DNA of 44,382 nt from a virus (lineage: Duplodnaviria; Caudoviricetes). The stretch covers positions 1 to 44,382 of the IMG/VR virus record IMGVR_UViG_3300036783_000149. One strand, written 5' to 3'. The position numbers were made by a program, and so were the translations under genes. The notes beneath the pieces are model-generated. The model did not search any database. It worked only from the letters and a program-made list of their open reading frames with translations, and was not told the origin of the DNA. Below, one piece after another: positions 1 through 9,382 of this stretch; within the stretch, counting starts at the first letter, position 1; each line of letters opens with the position of its first letter.

Positions 1-81
1 TGTTGACTGGTCATTTGTAGATATCCAGCTTTCGAGCGGCGGCATTTGTTCGGCTTGGTGCTGTAATTCGCTCGGAAGAGG

Positions 82-128
82 CAGGCTGGTCTGGCGTTGT
101 TCCCCTTCGCTGGCCAGCCTGTTTTTTT
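82..128 (+). terminator. Putative intrinsic terminator on + strand, convergent with the minus-strand operon
   Basis: Stem caggctggtc...ggccagcctg followed by T7. Confidence 0.45.
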
Positions 129-378
129 ATTTCTGTTGTTCTTTAGCTGTTCTGGCGGCTTCTTCTGCCTTTATGGCGAATACTGTAGCATCGATAAATT
201 CTTCACTATCCATATGTAAAGCTGTCTTGGCGATAAACCATGCTAGACCGGTCCAAGCGGCAACCATCTCTGGTACGATTTCTGCCGGTTCGCGATCTTT
301 GTATTTGTCTTGGATCGAAATCCAAGCCTCACCCATTTCGCTACGTAGTTTCTTGCGTTCTTCACTGGTCATCGCCAA
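127..378 (-). CDS. Hypothetical phage protein
   Basis: ORF in packed minus-strand operon. Confidence 0.6.
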   Translation of the reverse strand: MAMTSEERKKLRSEMGEAWISIQDKYKDREPAEIVPEMVAAWTGLAWFIAKTALHMDSEEFIDATVFAIKAEEAARTAKEQQK

Positions 379-667
379 AATCCCTATCTGGATCAGCTAA
401 GGCCGGGTTGAGGCGATCATAACCACTACCCTTTTGTTTTACCCATGGTCCGGTTGGATCGCCCTGACCGTTCCATAGGTGCAGATCGATAACCGCAGAT
501 ACTAAGTTTGGATAACAATAGCGGTATCTATATCCAATGTCATCGCCGTTTTCAATAACGAAAAGACCTACAGTAGCAACCATAGGTCTTACCGCAAGCC
601 AATCACCAGTCGGTAATTGACGCGGACCTATATATCCTTCTTCTTCTAGAAAATCATCGAATTTCAT
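362..667 (-). CDS. Hypothetical phage protein
   Basis: Likely start MKFDDFLEE at 667 with AAGGAA RBS; YRYCY..WNGQGDP..W motif. Confidence 0.65.
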   Translation of the reverse strand: MKFDDFLEEEGYIGPRQLPTGDWLAVRPMVATVGLFVIENGDDIGYRYRYCYPNLVSAVIDLHLWNGQGDPTGPWVKQKGSGYDRLNPALADPDRDFGDDQ

Positions 668-856
668 GTTGTAGTTCCTTAGTGCGCCCCTGCTCCCAAC
701 CTTCGGGGCTGTTGGCTGCGCGCGGTCACCTTCTCTCTCTCGGGCTCTTGCTAACCTACTAAGAAACAAGAGCAAGTTAAGGTGGCTGGGTACTCATCAC
801 TAAGTTTCCCTGTGACAGGGGGCCACGCCAGGAAACCAGTCGATTTGCCAACGCTG

Positions 857-1120
857 TTAGAGTGAATCCTTCAATCGTTGAAGCCGGTCCCTACCTTCGG
901 GAGTTATGCGAAACACGCGCATAAGTGTTGCGCGAGGAGTGCGAGCAATCGTAGTGATATCAACCAAATCAAACCAGTGTTTGTCGATACCCCGTTCAAA
1001 GGCGTCCTGTTCTTCTTGTGTCATAGGATACCCAAGTTGAATAGCGAACTTGCCCTTCTCGTTCGCCAGAGATAGAAGGTCAAAATCGGCTTGTTGTAAC
1101 GCTGAAAGTTTGTTGTCCAT
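857..1120 (-). CDS. Hypothetical protein, possible winged-helix
   Basis: Coupled ORF; C-terminal FRITPEG resembles a wHTH wing. Confidence 0.6.
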   Translation of the reverse strand: MDNKLSALQQADFDLLSLANEKGKFAIQLGYPMTQEEQDAFERGIDKHWFDLVDITTIARTPRATLMRVFRITPEGRDRLQRLKDSL

Positions 1121-1362
1121 TATTTGGTTGCCTCGGTTAGCATCTTGTGTAGTTCGGATCGTATATTATAATTGTATTGATTGGCGAATGTAAGAACATC
1201 GGACGCAGCTTCAAAATAATGCTGGGCTAGATGAGCCCATTGTTTCATACTAGCCACGTTACCGGAGTCCAAGTCGAAATCATCCATAACCTGTGAGCGA
1301 TCTATCATCTCCCGTACTAAGTCATTGAACCGGGCGAGTTTGTTGTCTTCGTCCATTATCAT
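1120..1362 (-). CDS. Hypothetical protein
   Basis: Overlapping start/stop with neighbours. Confidence 0.6.
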   Translation of the reverse strand: MIMDEDNKLARFNDLVREMIDRSQVMDDFDLDSGNVASMKQWAHLAQHYFEAASDVLTFANQYNYNIRSELHKMLTEATK

Positions 1363-1586
1363 CCCTTTGCAAGCATCGCTATCCAGCGATAGAAGATTGC
1401 TCTGTATATTGGATAGGTGTTATCGGCTATGACATAGATGCCATAGAAGGCAAATAGATGCATGATAATAACATAGATCGGTGACATTCGCCACCGTCTT
1501 TTTATTATTTCCAGATCGTGTGACTCAAGCGGATATCCGGTCGGACTGCGAGTGTAATTGATCACATTCCGAAAATGGGTGGCCAT
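1359..1586 (-). CDS. Small membrane protein
   Basis: Start MATHF at 1586; hydrophobic IYVIIMHLFAFYGIYVIA. Confidence 0.55.
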   Translation of the reverse strand: MATHFRNVINYTRSPTGYPLESHDLEIIKRRWRMSPIYVIIMHLFAFYGIYVIADNTYPIYRAIFYRWIAMLAKG

Positions 1587-1587
1587 G

Positions 1588-2169
1588 TTATCCCTGCCAT
1601 GTGCATCCGGCTGCGGTGCAACGACGCTTGCCATTAGGCTCTTGATAGGTCATCCAAGGATGTCGCGGACATATGTTCTTGGTATTGGGTGGCGGCACCA
1701 CATTGGAGGGGCGTTCTTTGGCTTCTTCCGGTTCTTCATAGTTGGGATCGTGCCACGGAACAAACCGGCGCAAAGCTTCTGGTCTTAGCTTGTCATCGTG
1801 CCAGCGTCCGGTAAAGGTTATCGCCCGGTCATCGATGGTGAGCCATGCCGGCGGCTTGTGATCGGGAAACTCAAACTCCAGTAATGCCGTAGCAATTCCG
1901 GAATTGCGTTCCATCTGGCTATGTCGCCATGCGATAACATGGAGTTGTAGCCAATCCTTCATATCGGTAATACCTTGTTCGGTATTCGACCGAGAGGAGT
2001 AGACTACCAACTTGAAGAGTTTATTGGCCTCAACCGCCCACTCAAAAAACCCTTCTGTGGGACCATCATAAATGGTACCATCCTCCCAGCCTTTGGAATA
2101 GGCGTGGATGACACCATCGAAATCAAGCAGAAGTGTTGGTTTGTTTTCGGGCAGCGGTCCATCAGCCAT
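1588..2169 (-). CDS. HAD-superfamily phosphatase/nucleotidase
   Basis: LLDFDGVIH motif I, VYSSR motif II, KP...IDDRA motifs III/IV. Confidence 0.8.
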   Translation of the reverse strand: MADGPLPENKPTLLLDFDGVIHAYSKGWEDGTIYDGPTEGFFEWAVEANKLFKLVVYSSRSNTEQGITDMKDWLQLHVIAWRHSQMERNSGIATALLEFEFPDHKPPAWLTIDDRAITFTGRWHDDKLRPEALRRFVPWHDPNYEEPEEAKERPSNVVPPPNTKNICPRHPWMTYQEPNGKRRCTAAGCTWQG

Positions 2170-2203
2170 TGACTACTCCTACATAATAACGAAAGGTGGT
2201 TTT

Positions 2204-2392
2204 ATGTGGTTTCGTTATTGGTGGTATGGGCATCCATTTATACTGAAAGGTCGTAAGATAATGTATTGTTTTTCTTGTAAGGGTTGGGGTAGTGATCCGT
2301 CTGGTTACTGTTGTGATTTTTGTTATGGAGCAGGGTTTATATCGAAAGATGAATTCCGGTATCGTCTTTTACAACTTGTATTACATTGGTGA
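2204..2392 (+). CDS. Small DnaJ-type zinc-finger protein (counter-oriented)
   Basis: CFSCKGWG and CDFCYGAG CxxCxGxG repeats; GAAAGGTGG RBS; fills an otherwise non-coding gap. Confidence 0.55.
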   Translation: MWFRYWWYGHPFILKGRKIMYCFSCKGWGSDPSGYCCDFCYGAGFISKDEFRYRLLQLVLHW

Positions 2393-4151
2393 AGTCTCCA
2401 ACACCAACGTGATGGTCTATTAAATAGATTTTGCGATCTAAGTCAAGGGCTCGTTGTCGTAAGAAATCTAGAACGTTTTCAATGCCTTCACTCGATATAT
2501 AGCTGGTAACTTCGTCATATATCTCGGTATCGGGCTCAATGCCGGCCCGGCGCAATAGTACCTCGCTCAGACCACAGGTAACGGCAAGGTGCCAGCGTTG
2601 GGCCTCCCCGCCACTGAATGCCGCCCAGTCGATAGGGGAAGCCTGCCCCGGAGGGTACAGGAGCACCGTGAAGGCTTGCGACACGCTCCCGGACTTGGTT
2701 TCCCGTTCGGTGCTGAAGGCGATTCGCCAGTCCTCTAGTCCTAGTGCTTGGGCGTTCCGGTTGGTGGCAAGCTCCAATTCAAGCAAGGTCGAATCGATTA
2801 ACTCCAATCGGATATCCCGGAATCCCTTCTGCCAGAAACGGTATATCTCGATTTCGTGATTGATCGTTTCTTCTTCTAGTACAATGGTGGCGTGCTTGGC
2901 TTTTGTTGCTTCATAGGTTTCTTCAAGATCGTTGCAGAGCGCAGTGAACTGGTTCTCCTCGTTCATGATGGCTGCTAGTTCTTGGTTCATACGAAAATGG
3001 ACTCGTACTTCATTGGTTAGTACTCGGTCCAACATGTTTATTTCACTTTTTATTTCTATATCCTGCGTCTCAAATTTTTGTAGGTCTTCGATCCTACGGG
3101 TGATTGTCGCCAATGTTTCACTGAGTCCGTTGGCGCTGGCGGCATGTTCATCGCCGCGTTTGGCTAATTCTTTGGCTTGTGCTTGGAGTTCGGAGATTTT
3201 GTTTGTTGGATTGTCGATGGTTTGTCCGCATTCGGGACAGGTGAAATCTCTATAGGCTACGATCTTGTCTTTGACTTGTTGTTCCTCGCGCCTGACAATA
3301 CGAAGCTCTGATTCTGCTACGCTTAAGCTTCTGCGTGCTTGATTCTCATCGTCACGTAACTGTTTCAACTTATCGGTGCTGTCTTTGGGCAAACTGCTTA
3401 GAGCTTGTCGAGCATCTTGTAATGATGTTCGTGTTGTATTTACCAACTCGGATTGTTTCTCTAACTGGGCGCTTATGTCTGCGATCTTTAATGCTTTTGC
3501 ATCCTCAAATTCTTCTTCTTGTTTTGCTGCGGCTTCGTGTTGGTCGCGTATCTGATCAATGATGCCGGCATATCGAGCTATGTCCTGGCGCAGCATCATG
3601 GCTTTGCGGTCTTGCTCGCGTATCTTCTCCCCAGCCTTGTCGGCGGCAACCAACCAACGATCTAAATCCAAGGTTTCACTAAACAACCGGGACTTGTCTT
3701 CTGGCCGCAGGTCCAGAAACAAAGAGGAGCGTTGCCCAAGCAACAAAGTACGCCGCAGAGCCGCATCACTTAGAGGTAGAAGGTTATCAATCTCAGATTG
3801 TTGGACTATCGTTCCGTTCAGGGTAAGTACACTTGGGTTCCGGCCACGTTCTATAACATATTCAATCCCGGCGAGGGTCAAGTTCAGTTTTCCCGATACG
3901 TTCTTGTTATCATTCCAGTTTTCGACTAGAGCACCAGGGCGTTGACTCAGGATGGTTTTTCCGGTTAGTACCCAATAGGGACCATCGAGAAATATGGTGG
4001 ACTTGCCAACCCCGTTCGCGCCAAGGCGGGGTTCTTTTTTGTTGATACCTTGGATGAAATAGAACCCCGGCTGGTCATAGAAATTGAATCGCAGAGTACC
4101 AACAATACCCTTGAAGTTATGTAGCTCGATCCGGTTAAAAAGAAGTTTCAT
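2337..4151 (-). CDS. SbcC/Rad50-like recombination ATPase
   Basis: Walker A GANGVGKS, zinc hook CPECG, coiled coil, signature FSGGE, Walker B IYDE, DH. Confidence 0.9.
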   Translation of the reverse strand: MKLLFNRIELHNFKGIVGTLRFNFYDQPGFYFIQGINKKEPRLGANGVGKSTIFLDGPYWVLTGKTILSQRPGALVENWNDNKNVSGKLNLTLAGIEYVIERGRNPSVLTLNGTIVQQSEIDNLLPLSDAALRRTLLLGQRSSLFLDLRPEDKSRLFSETLDLDRWLVAADKAGEKIREQDRKAMMLRQDIARYAGIIDQIRDQHEAAAKQEEEFEDAKALKIADISAQLEKQSELVNTTRTSLQDARQALSSLPKDSTDKLKQLRDDENQARRSLSVAESELRIVRREEQQVKDKIVAYRDFTCPECGQTIDNPTNKISELQAQAKELAKRGDEHAASANGLSETLATITRRIEDLQKFETQDIEIKSEINMLDRVLTNEVRVHFRMNQELAAIMNEENQFTALCNDLEETYEATKAKHATIVLEEETINHEIEIYRFWQKGFRDIRLELIDSTLLELELATNRNAQALGLEDWRIAFSTERETKSGSVSQAFTVLLYPPGQASPIDWAAFSGGEAQRWHLAVTCGLSEVLLRRAGIEPDTEIYDEVTSYISSEGIENVLDFLRQRALDLDRKIYLIDHHVGVGDFTNVIQVVKDDTGIHLSI

Positions 4152-4356
4152 TTCTGGCTACTGCTATATTGGCGACGAAGGCATTACACTGCTTGCATTC
4201 GATGATCAAGGTACCAGTGTTGCGGAGGTACTTTGCCGACACCCCGGCACGCGGATGACATCTCTGGTTCAGGAATATTTCAAGATGGTCGCGGTGATCG
4301 CACCCTGGCACTTCGCATTGTGCGTTGTCAAGTTGAGCTTGGGTGAGGGCTTTCAT
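4135..4356 (-). CDS. Small Cys/His-rich hypothetical protein
   Basis: CEVPGC, CH, CKQC; coupled ORF. Confidence 0.6.
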   Translation of the reverse strand: MKALTQAQLDNAQCEVPGCDHRDHLEIFLNQRCHPRAGVSAKYLRNTGTLIIECKQCNAFVANIAVARNETSF

Positions 4357-4625
4357 TGTTTCATTCTTTCTGGCGGTGCTTCGTCGCCGTCATCATACCC
4401 GCGTGTTATAAGTTGAATCACTGTCGCTCTAATCAGACTGCGTTGTGGTTCCTGTAAGCCACCAAGTAAGGCTCGTAGGGCTAAGGCCATGCCGGCGATA
4501 CCAATACCAACCTCAGTGCTGGGTAGTGCTAATTTGGGTAAGGTTTCAATTATCTTGATTGAGAGTTCGTGACTCTCCTCCTTCCAAATCGCGAACTCAT
4601 ATGCAAGGTCATCAAGGCTCTTCAT
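4353..4625 (-). CDS. Hypothetical protein
   Basis: Coupled ORF (ATGA overlaps). Confidence 0.6.
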   Translation of the reverse strand: MKSLDDLAYEFAIWKEESHELSIKIIETLPKLALPSTEVGIGIAGMALALRALLGGLQEPQRSLIRATVIQLITRGYDDGDEAPPERMKQ

Positions 4626-5209
4626 GCCAACTCCAACTCCTTTAGAGTCGGGTCTTCGGACATAAGATACTCGCGGATGGCTTCTTTCCGGGTTATCTGT
4701 TTGCCGCCTCTCCAGAATTCGACATTAATATAAGGGCGCTCGGGTTTGATATGTGGCCATTTAACAATCACGGTGGCAGTAGAAACCGCAACAAATACTA
4801 ATGGCCGTTGCGGGTCTTGTGTGCGGTCGAGAAAGATACGGGTAGCGGGTTGTGGCTCCCTTACGGTCCTGGCATCGATCCGCTTGGTGTATTCCGGCAT
4901 CGCGAGATAGGGACATACCTTCAAGGCGTAGTGCATGCACATTCTATGCATTGGAGGATCGAAGTACCAGCCATTGGCATGAAAGGCTGATCCTGGCCCA
5001 CCAACAAACCACTTAACGGGATTCAACTTAGTGCCGCAGATCGGACATAGAGCATCATGCACCATAAGAACGCGCTTGGCTTCATCGTTGATGGTGAAGT
5101 GCGGCGTACCTTGATCATCGCGCCATACCCCGGCAGGGATGGGATAGCCTCTCCGGTCACGCGGTAAATGTTGCATCTTCTTCGGGATCGGAACTTGAGT
5201 CAAGTTCAC
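4622..5209 (-). CDS. Conserved phage hypothetical, putative Zn-binding
   Basis: RGYPIP, CPICG, PPMH..C..YA..VCPYL; GAGGAG RBS. Confidence 0.75.
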   Translation of the reverse strand: MNLTQVPIPKKMQHLPRDRRGYPIPAGVWRDDQGTPHFTINDEAKRVLMVHDALCPICGTKLNPVKWFVGGPGSAFHANGWYFDPPMHRMCMHYALKVCPYLAMPEYTKRIDARTVREPQPATRIFLDRTQDPQRPLVFVAVSTATVIVKWPHIKPERPYINVEFWRGGKQITRKEAIREYLMSEDPTLKELELA

Positions 5210-5228
5210 AGGTTAGACTCCTCATCAT

Positions 5229-5270
5229 AGGCTCGCGCTAAGCACGTGGTTCTCGCCGGCTGATGGGCTT
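5229..5270 (-). ncRNA. Orphan single TIGR-like guide unit
   Basis: + strand aggctcgcgc-taagcacg-tggttctcgc-cggctgat-gggctt; same two repeats and spacing as the arrays at 23.8-25.3 kb; intergenic. Confidence 0.65.
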
Positions 5271-5317
5271 ATATGCCTGTACGGGTTAATTTTTGGTGAA
5301 CTGTGCGGATTTCGTCA

Positions 5318-5551
5318 TCAGTTATTATTGGCCATGCCCTTGAATGGGATCATTACAACAGGTGGTTCGACGGGATCAGTGTTATCTACAACAACTCCTG
5401 CCGCATCGATATGTTTGCTGATAACAGTAATCGCGGCGCGGTTATCATATGGTGGAGGTGGGCAGATCGTGGCAATGAATTGATTGTTGTACCATACCTC
5501 GACTACATTAACATCACGGATGAAGTGTTTGGATAACCTGAACTCGATCAT
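5318..5551 (-). CDS. Hypothetical protein
   Basis: ORF with AGGAGG RBS. Confidence 0.6.
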   Translation of the reverse strand: MIEFRLSKHFIRDVNVVEVWYNNQFIATICPPPPYDNRAAITVISKHIDAAGVVVDNTDPVEPPVVMIPFKGMANNN

Positions 5552-5705
5552 TTTGTCCTCCTCTTTATCCTGTGATATGTTCGTAGTGCGTAGTTGTTAT
5601 AACTACTGGCGAACAGCATTCTCCCGAAACTTAGCCGGCATAATTCGCAGGAGCAAAACACTCGGCTCTCTAGTTTATACCGGCGTCGTCTTTTTATGAA
5701 ACATC

Positions 5706-5876
5706 TCATCGTATTACAGTCGTTCTCTTGTACTTTCTTGGTTTGGCTACAACTGAATACTTTAAGACGTTTTCCTTTGTGTCTTTCCAGATAACGATTT
5801 CGAATCTGTCTTTACTACTACCAAATTTGTCTTGGTAAGCCTTGGCGTCTTCCCAATTAGTAAACACATTTCTCAT
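5706..5876 (-). CDS. Small hypothetical protein (56 aa, MRNVFTNWEDAK...)
   Basis: Read manually; ATGA overlap with the sbcD-like stop. Confidence 0.5.
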   Translation of the reverse strand: MRNVFTNWEDAKAYQDKFGSSKDRFEIVIWKDTKENVLKYSVVAKPRKYKRTTVIR

Positions 5877-6862
5877 AGCAGCGACTTACCTATTTCTATA
5901 TGCTGTTCGCTGGCGTTATGTCGTTTGGCATACTCGATTATGAGTTGTTCGGGTGATAAAGCTTCGGGTATTGTTTGCGTCTCACTGGGAGCCTCGTCCT
6001 TCAGGATTAGTTCCGGTCCAGTCAGTTGCCAGCCTTGTTCCTTAGCACGAGCCTTGATTTCGTCCCTGATCTTCTGCCAATCGGCAAGCTCGCCGCGACT
6101 GAGATGGACTCTGATCTTGTGGTGATCCTCCCGGTATATATCAAACTTCAACCTGTCCAGATCGGCCATGCTCGATATGTTGAGGGTCTTCTTTAAGGGT
6201 GCCGGGTATTGCAGGTATCCCCGCGATCCGTCATCATTCAATAACATGATTTGCGGATCGTAATCGCTGTTGAACCGAGTGTGATACGGAGCCCCGACAT
6301 ACTCGATATATATTCCGATAGTCTGCGGCTTGTGGATATCGCCAGAGATTACCGGAATACTAATACGAGATACGAGACTAGGTGCGACACCGTTTAGGGT
6401 ATGACCAGATTCGCTAATAGCACCGTCAAAGGTTTCGTGGGTGAATATGTACTTATCGGTAGTGCCGACTTCTAAGGTGCTCCAATCGGTTCCGGCGGGA
6501 ATGAACCAGCAGCGACCAATAGATAACTCTATGTGTTGTGGCGTAGTGATAAAGGATACCTTGTTGTCATTCAAGCCATCGAGAAACATAAAGAACGGAA
6601 CTTTGGGATCGATATAATCATGATTGCCGGCGATCATTACAATGTTCTGGAAGTAAGAACTACACATATCCATGCAAGTCTTGAATCGATTAACCAAGGC
6701 AGAGGGGTGGTTGTCCTTTGGATTGGTGTAGTCGCCGAGAAGGATCAAGTCTTTGACTTTGAGTTCTTCGGCCTTGGCGCAGAGCCAGTCGAATAAATGC
6801 CAGCGGTATTCATCTTGCGGAGCCGTGGTTAGATGTAAATCACCAGTGATAAGCGCACTCAT
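5873..6862 (-). CDS. SbcD/Mre11-like metallophosphoesterase nuclease
   Basis: GDLH, LLGD, GNHD, TH, SGDIH motifs; near SbcC-like gene. Confidence 0.9.
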   Translation of the reverse strand: MSALITGDLHLTTAPQDEYRWHLFDWLCAKAEELKVKDLILLGDYTNPKDNHPSALVNRFKTCMDMCSSYFQNIVMIAGNHDYIDPKVPFFMFLDGLNDNKVSFITTPQHIELSIGRCWFIPAGTDWSTLEVGTTDKYIFTHETFDGAISESGHTLNGVAPSLVSRISIPVISGDIHKPQTIGIYIEYVGAPYHTRFNSDYDPQIMLLNDDGSRGYLQYPAPLKKTLNISSMADLDRLKFDIYREDHHKIRVHLSRGELADWQKIRDEIKARAKEQGWQLTGPELILKDEAPSETQTIPEALSPEQLIIEYAKRHNASEQHIEIGKSLL

Positions 6863-7086
6863 AACCACACCTCAACGATTACTGGATCATCGTTAGGATC
6901 GCGTTGTAGACGGCTCAATCCCGGAGGTAGTTTATCGCGTAGCTCCTCCAGGGTATCGGCTATTAGATAACCATCTTCCATATTTGGATGTTCGTTAGGA
7001 ACAATGGTCGGGCGTGCGACCCATTTATCACCAAAGTCCTTGGTGTTATGGGTTATCGTCCATATTATCAGTGGTTGGTTCATCAT
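6859..7086 (-). CDS. Conserved small phage protein
   Basis: TLEELRDKLPPGL..R.P.DDPVIVEVW motif; coupled. Confidence 0.65.
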   Translation of the reverse strand: MMNQPLIIWTITHNTKDFGDKWVARPTIVPNEHPNMEDGYLIADTLEELRDKLPPGLSRLQRDPNDDPVIVEVWL

Positions 7087-7273
7087 TTGGTTTGGTAATC
7101 TCTTGGATAGTCTCGAAAATGAAATCAGCTAATGTACCAGGGTACTGCGCCATACTAGAACGCTCACTGGCTAATGGATTTGGTGCAACCCAATCCTCGG
7201 CTACCGTGAGCGTTATGCGTTGTAGAATGGTACAAAGTGCGTTTAATGCTAGCTCCTGTTGTTCTGGTGTCAT
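7046..7273 (-). CDS. Hypothetical protein
   Basis: Likely start MTPEQQ overlapping upstream stop. Confidence 0.5.
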   Translation of the reverse strand: MTPEQQELALNALCTILQRITLTVAEDWVAPNPLASERSSMAQYPGTLADFIFETIQEITKPNDEPTTDNMDDNP

Positions 7274-7545
7274 CCGCAACCTTTGTGAGGTGGGTGTGTT
7301 GGATAAATGATTCCGGGAGCATTCATACGTTCTCCTTGAATGCAAAAACCAAGTGGTTGTCCCCAATCCTTATACTTTATCATTGCGGGGTCTTTTAATT
7401 CTTCCTTGTAGCAGGTTAGTATCTCTGCCCAAGCCTCTTTACACTCTTGTATGCTTTCAAAATCACCGCCATTTTTGGTTATTCCCATGTCAGACCAAGT
7501 TACGATCAATAACCAAGCCATGGAATATAGTTTTAAACTTTTCAT
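7270..7545 (-). CDS. Hypothetical protein
   Basis: Coupled ORF. Confidence 0.55.
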   Translation of the reverse strand: MKSLKLYSMAWLLIVTWSDMGITKNGGDFESIQECKEAWAEILTCYKEELKDPAMIKYKDWGQPLGFCIQGERMNAPGIIYPTHPPHKGCG

Positions 7546-7982
7546 CGCCGTTTCAACAGCTTATTACGATGTTCTATATTGGCTTGCATCCCTCCGGGTA
7601 CGCCTACTGCATCACTTGGTGGTCGAGGTATTTTTAATATCAATGGCCTCCATAGATGAAGTGTGTGAGGATGGAAGTTGATATGTTCATTTGTTGGTAC
7701 ATGTAATTGCATGACGGTTTCGTCACCGGTAAAGAAAATGTCTTTGATAAATGACATCTCCTCCCAAGTGGGACAGCGATTTATTAGTGAAACGCTGATA
7801 TGATCCCATGCCCACTTCTTACCCATTTCTTTTAGACCGGACTTACCTGAAGATACGATGCAGCGTAGGTTTTCCCCTTGGTGCGAAAAAACAAACGCAC
7901 CGTAGTCAGCCCCGTAAGGACTCTCATATCCGGCTGGTTGAATACGGAAGGGCTCTGCTTTAAGCCATGGTGTCGGTCGCAT
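7542..7982 (-). CDS. Conserved phage protein (HISVS...RCPTWEEM family)
   Basis: WDHISVS..RCPTWEEM..IKDIFF...HINFHP..LHLWRP. Confidence 0.8.
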   Translation of the reverse strand: MRPTPWLKAEPFRIQPAGYESPYGADYGAFVFSHQGENLRCIVSSGKSGLKEMGKKWAWDHISVSLINRCPTWEEMSFIKDIFFTGDETVMQLHVPTNEHINFHPHTLHLWRPLILKIPRPPSDAVGVPGGMQANIEHRNKLLKRR

Positions 7983-8180
7983 TCACTTCTTCGCCATCGG
8001 ATAGGTGTATCCAAGAAGCTGTACTTGTTGATAAGTCCGTGAGGGATTACGCTCAACTTCTCGCATGTGATCTGCCGCTACTTTTGCTTGTTCTTTGGTA
8101 AATGGACCAAAGAACTCAAAACCACCACCTTCTGTATTATCGATCAATTGACCGGCAATAACAATCCAATCTCTGGTCAT
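7983..8180 (-). CDS. Hypothetical protein
   Basis: Coupled ORF. Confidence 0.55.
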   Translation of the reverse strand: MTRDWIVIAGQLIDNTEGGGFEFFGPFTKEQAKVAADHMREVERNPSRTYQQVQLLGYTYPMAKK

Positions 8181-8365
8181 AAGGTTGTCCTCGTCGTAGG
8201 TACAAATACCATCGACATTATCAGATTGGTGTCTTCACTGCCGTCACCTTTAAGTGCGATATAGCTGACTGAACTTCGGTATAACCAGCCTTCTGGAATA
8301 CGTAGTCGCTGGGTCATTTCGTTATCGGTTTGGACAACCGTTTCCCATTTTAGTTCTTCGCTCAT
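8177..8365 (-). CDS. Hypothetical protein
   Basis: T.RL.IP.GWLYR...MVFVP motif; coupled. Confidence 0.6.
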   Translation of the reverse strand: MSEELKWETVVQTDNEMTQRLRIPEGWLYRSSVSYIALKGDGSEDTNLIMSMVFVPTTRTTL

Positions 8366-8865
8366 GGCTCAATCTCTACTTTGCTGGCATTGGCTTGTTT
8401 AGCCAAATTACGTGCTAGTTCAATTACCTGTTCACGCGGTAGTGATATCCAACTAACTTCTTTGCCAAAGTCGATAAACATATTGCCATCGCTGTCGGGT
8501 TTGGATACAGCTACGGCAAGTTCTCCTTCATCGCCAGGGCGCTGTGAGATACCGTGTGGATATTCTCCGGTCGCACCAGTTTGGTAAGAAGGATTACAAG
8601 GTATACGGAGGGACCGGGGATCATCTCGCCTGCCGGCAACAGTCGCGGCTACGCGTATACCACATCTATGACAATGTACTGTCATGATACCACAGCGCGG
8701 TGCTGGATAGTTTAGTAATACTTTGCAGGATTGTACTGGTTTACCGTCAGTAGAATCCAGATCAATCCCATCGGGATAATCGGGGTTTGGAGCTACTTGT
8801 GGCTCGCGACCGGAATCTATAAAGGTGATTTCAAACCGTTCGCGGCGGCGTTTTGCTTCACCCAT
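8362..8865 (-). CDS. Hypothetical protein
   Basis: MGEAKRRR start, CHRC; probably two domains. Confidence 0.65.
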   Translation of the reverse strand: MGEAKRRRERFEITFIDSGREPQVAPNPDYPDGIDLDSTDGKPVQSCKVLLNYPAPRCGIMTVHCHRCGIRVAATVAGRRDDPRSLRIPCNPSYQTGATGEYPHGISQRPGDEGELAVAVSKPDSDGNMFIDFGKEVSWISLPREQVIELARNLAKQANASKVEIEP

Positions 8866-9382
8866 GCGAGTGTCCTTCTATAGACACTAGTTCTACCAAC
8901 TCTTCCAATCTGGAAAACAATCTTACTTCGGCTGGCCATTCGTGTAAAGTGATGATTGGTCGGATAATTGAGGGTGATCGACTGGGAGATGTCAGCATGA
9001 CAATCGGACGATTGTTTTGCTTGGCGATCAGCATAGGAGATTTGCCCCTACGGGTCGCATCGCTTAATAGGCTATTCCAAAATCGATAAAGTGCGCCGGT
9101 CTTAGACAGGAACCCGGAGGTAAATTCAAGATTGGCGTAGTGTTTGCATTCAATCATATAGTCACGAATTAACCAGTGACTTAAGATATCAATGCTGGAA
9201 ATGTCACCAGCCTGAGTCTGATTCAACACTTCGTCACGAAGCTGAATTGTGGCGCGTCCGCCAGACATAGCGGAGCGCCACAATAAATCTTTTCGAGTAC
9301 CTTTGGAGATGAGTAGGGATAACTCCCTACAAATCATACGCTCAAATGCGCTGCCCTTATCCTTGCTCCCTCCGGTTCTCAT
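8858..9382 (-). CDS. Holliday junction resolvase-like PD-(D/E)xK nuclease
   Basis: KGSAFER.IC..LS, GDI, IECK motifs. Confidence 0.8.
   Translation of the reverse strand: MRTGGSKDKGSAFERMICRELSLLISKGTRKDLLWRSAMSGGRATIQLRDEVLNQTQAGDISSIDILSHWLIRDYMIECKHYANLEFTSGFLSKTGALYRFWNSLLSDATRRGKSPMLIAKQNNRPIVMLTSPSRSPSIIRPIITLHEWPAEVRLFSRLEELVELVSIEGHSHG

Noticed and set aside
668-856. Possible tRNA or ncRNA in the intergenic gap
   Set aside because: A few short stems (e.g. gctcttg/caagagc) but no cloverleaf, T-loop or CCA recognisable
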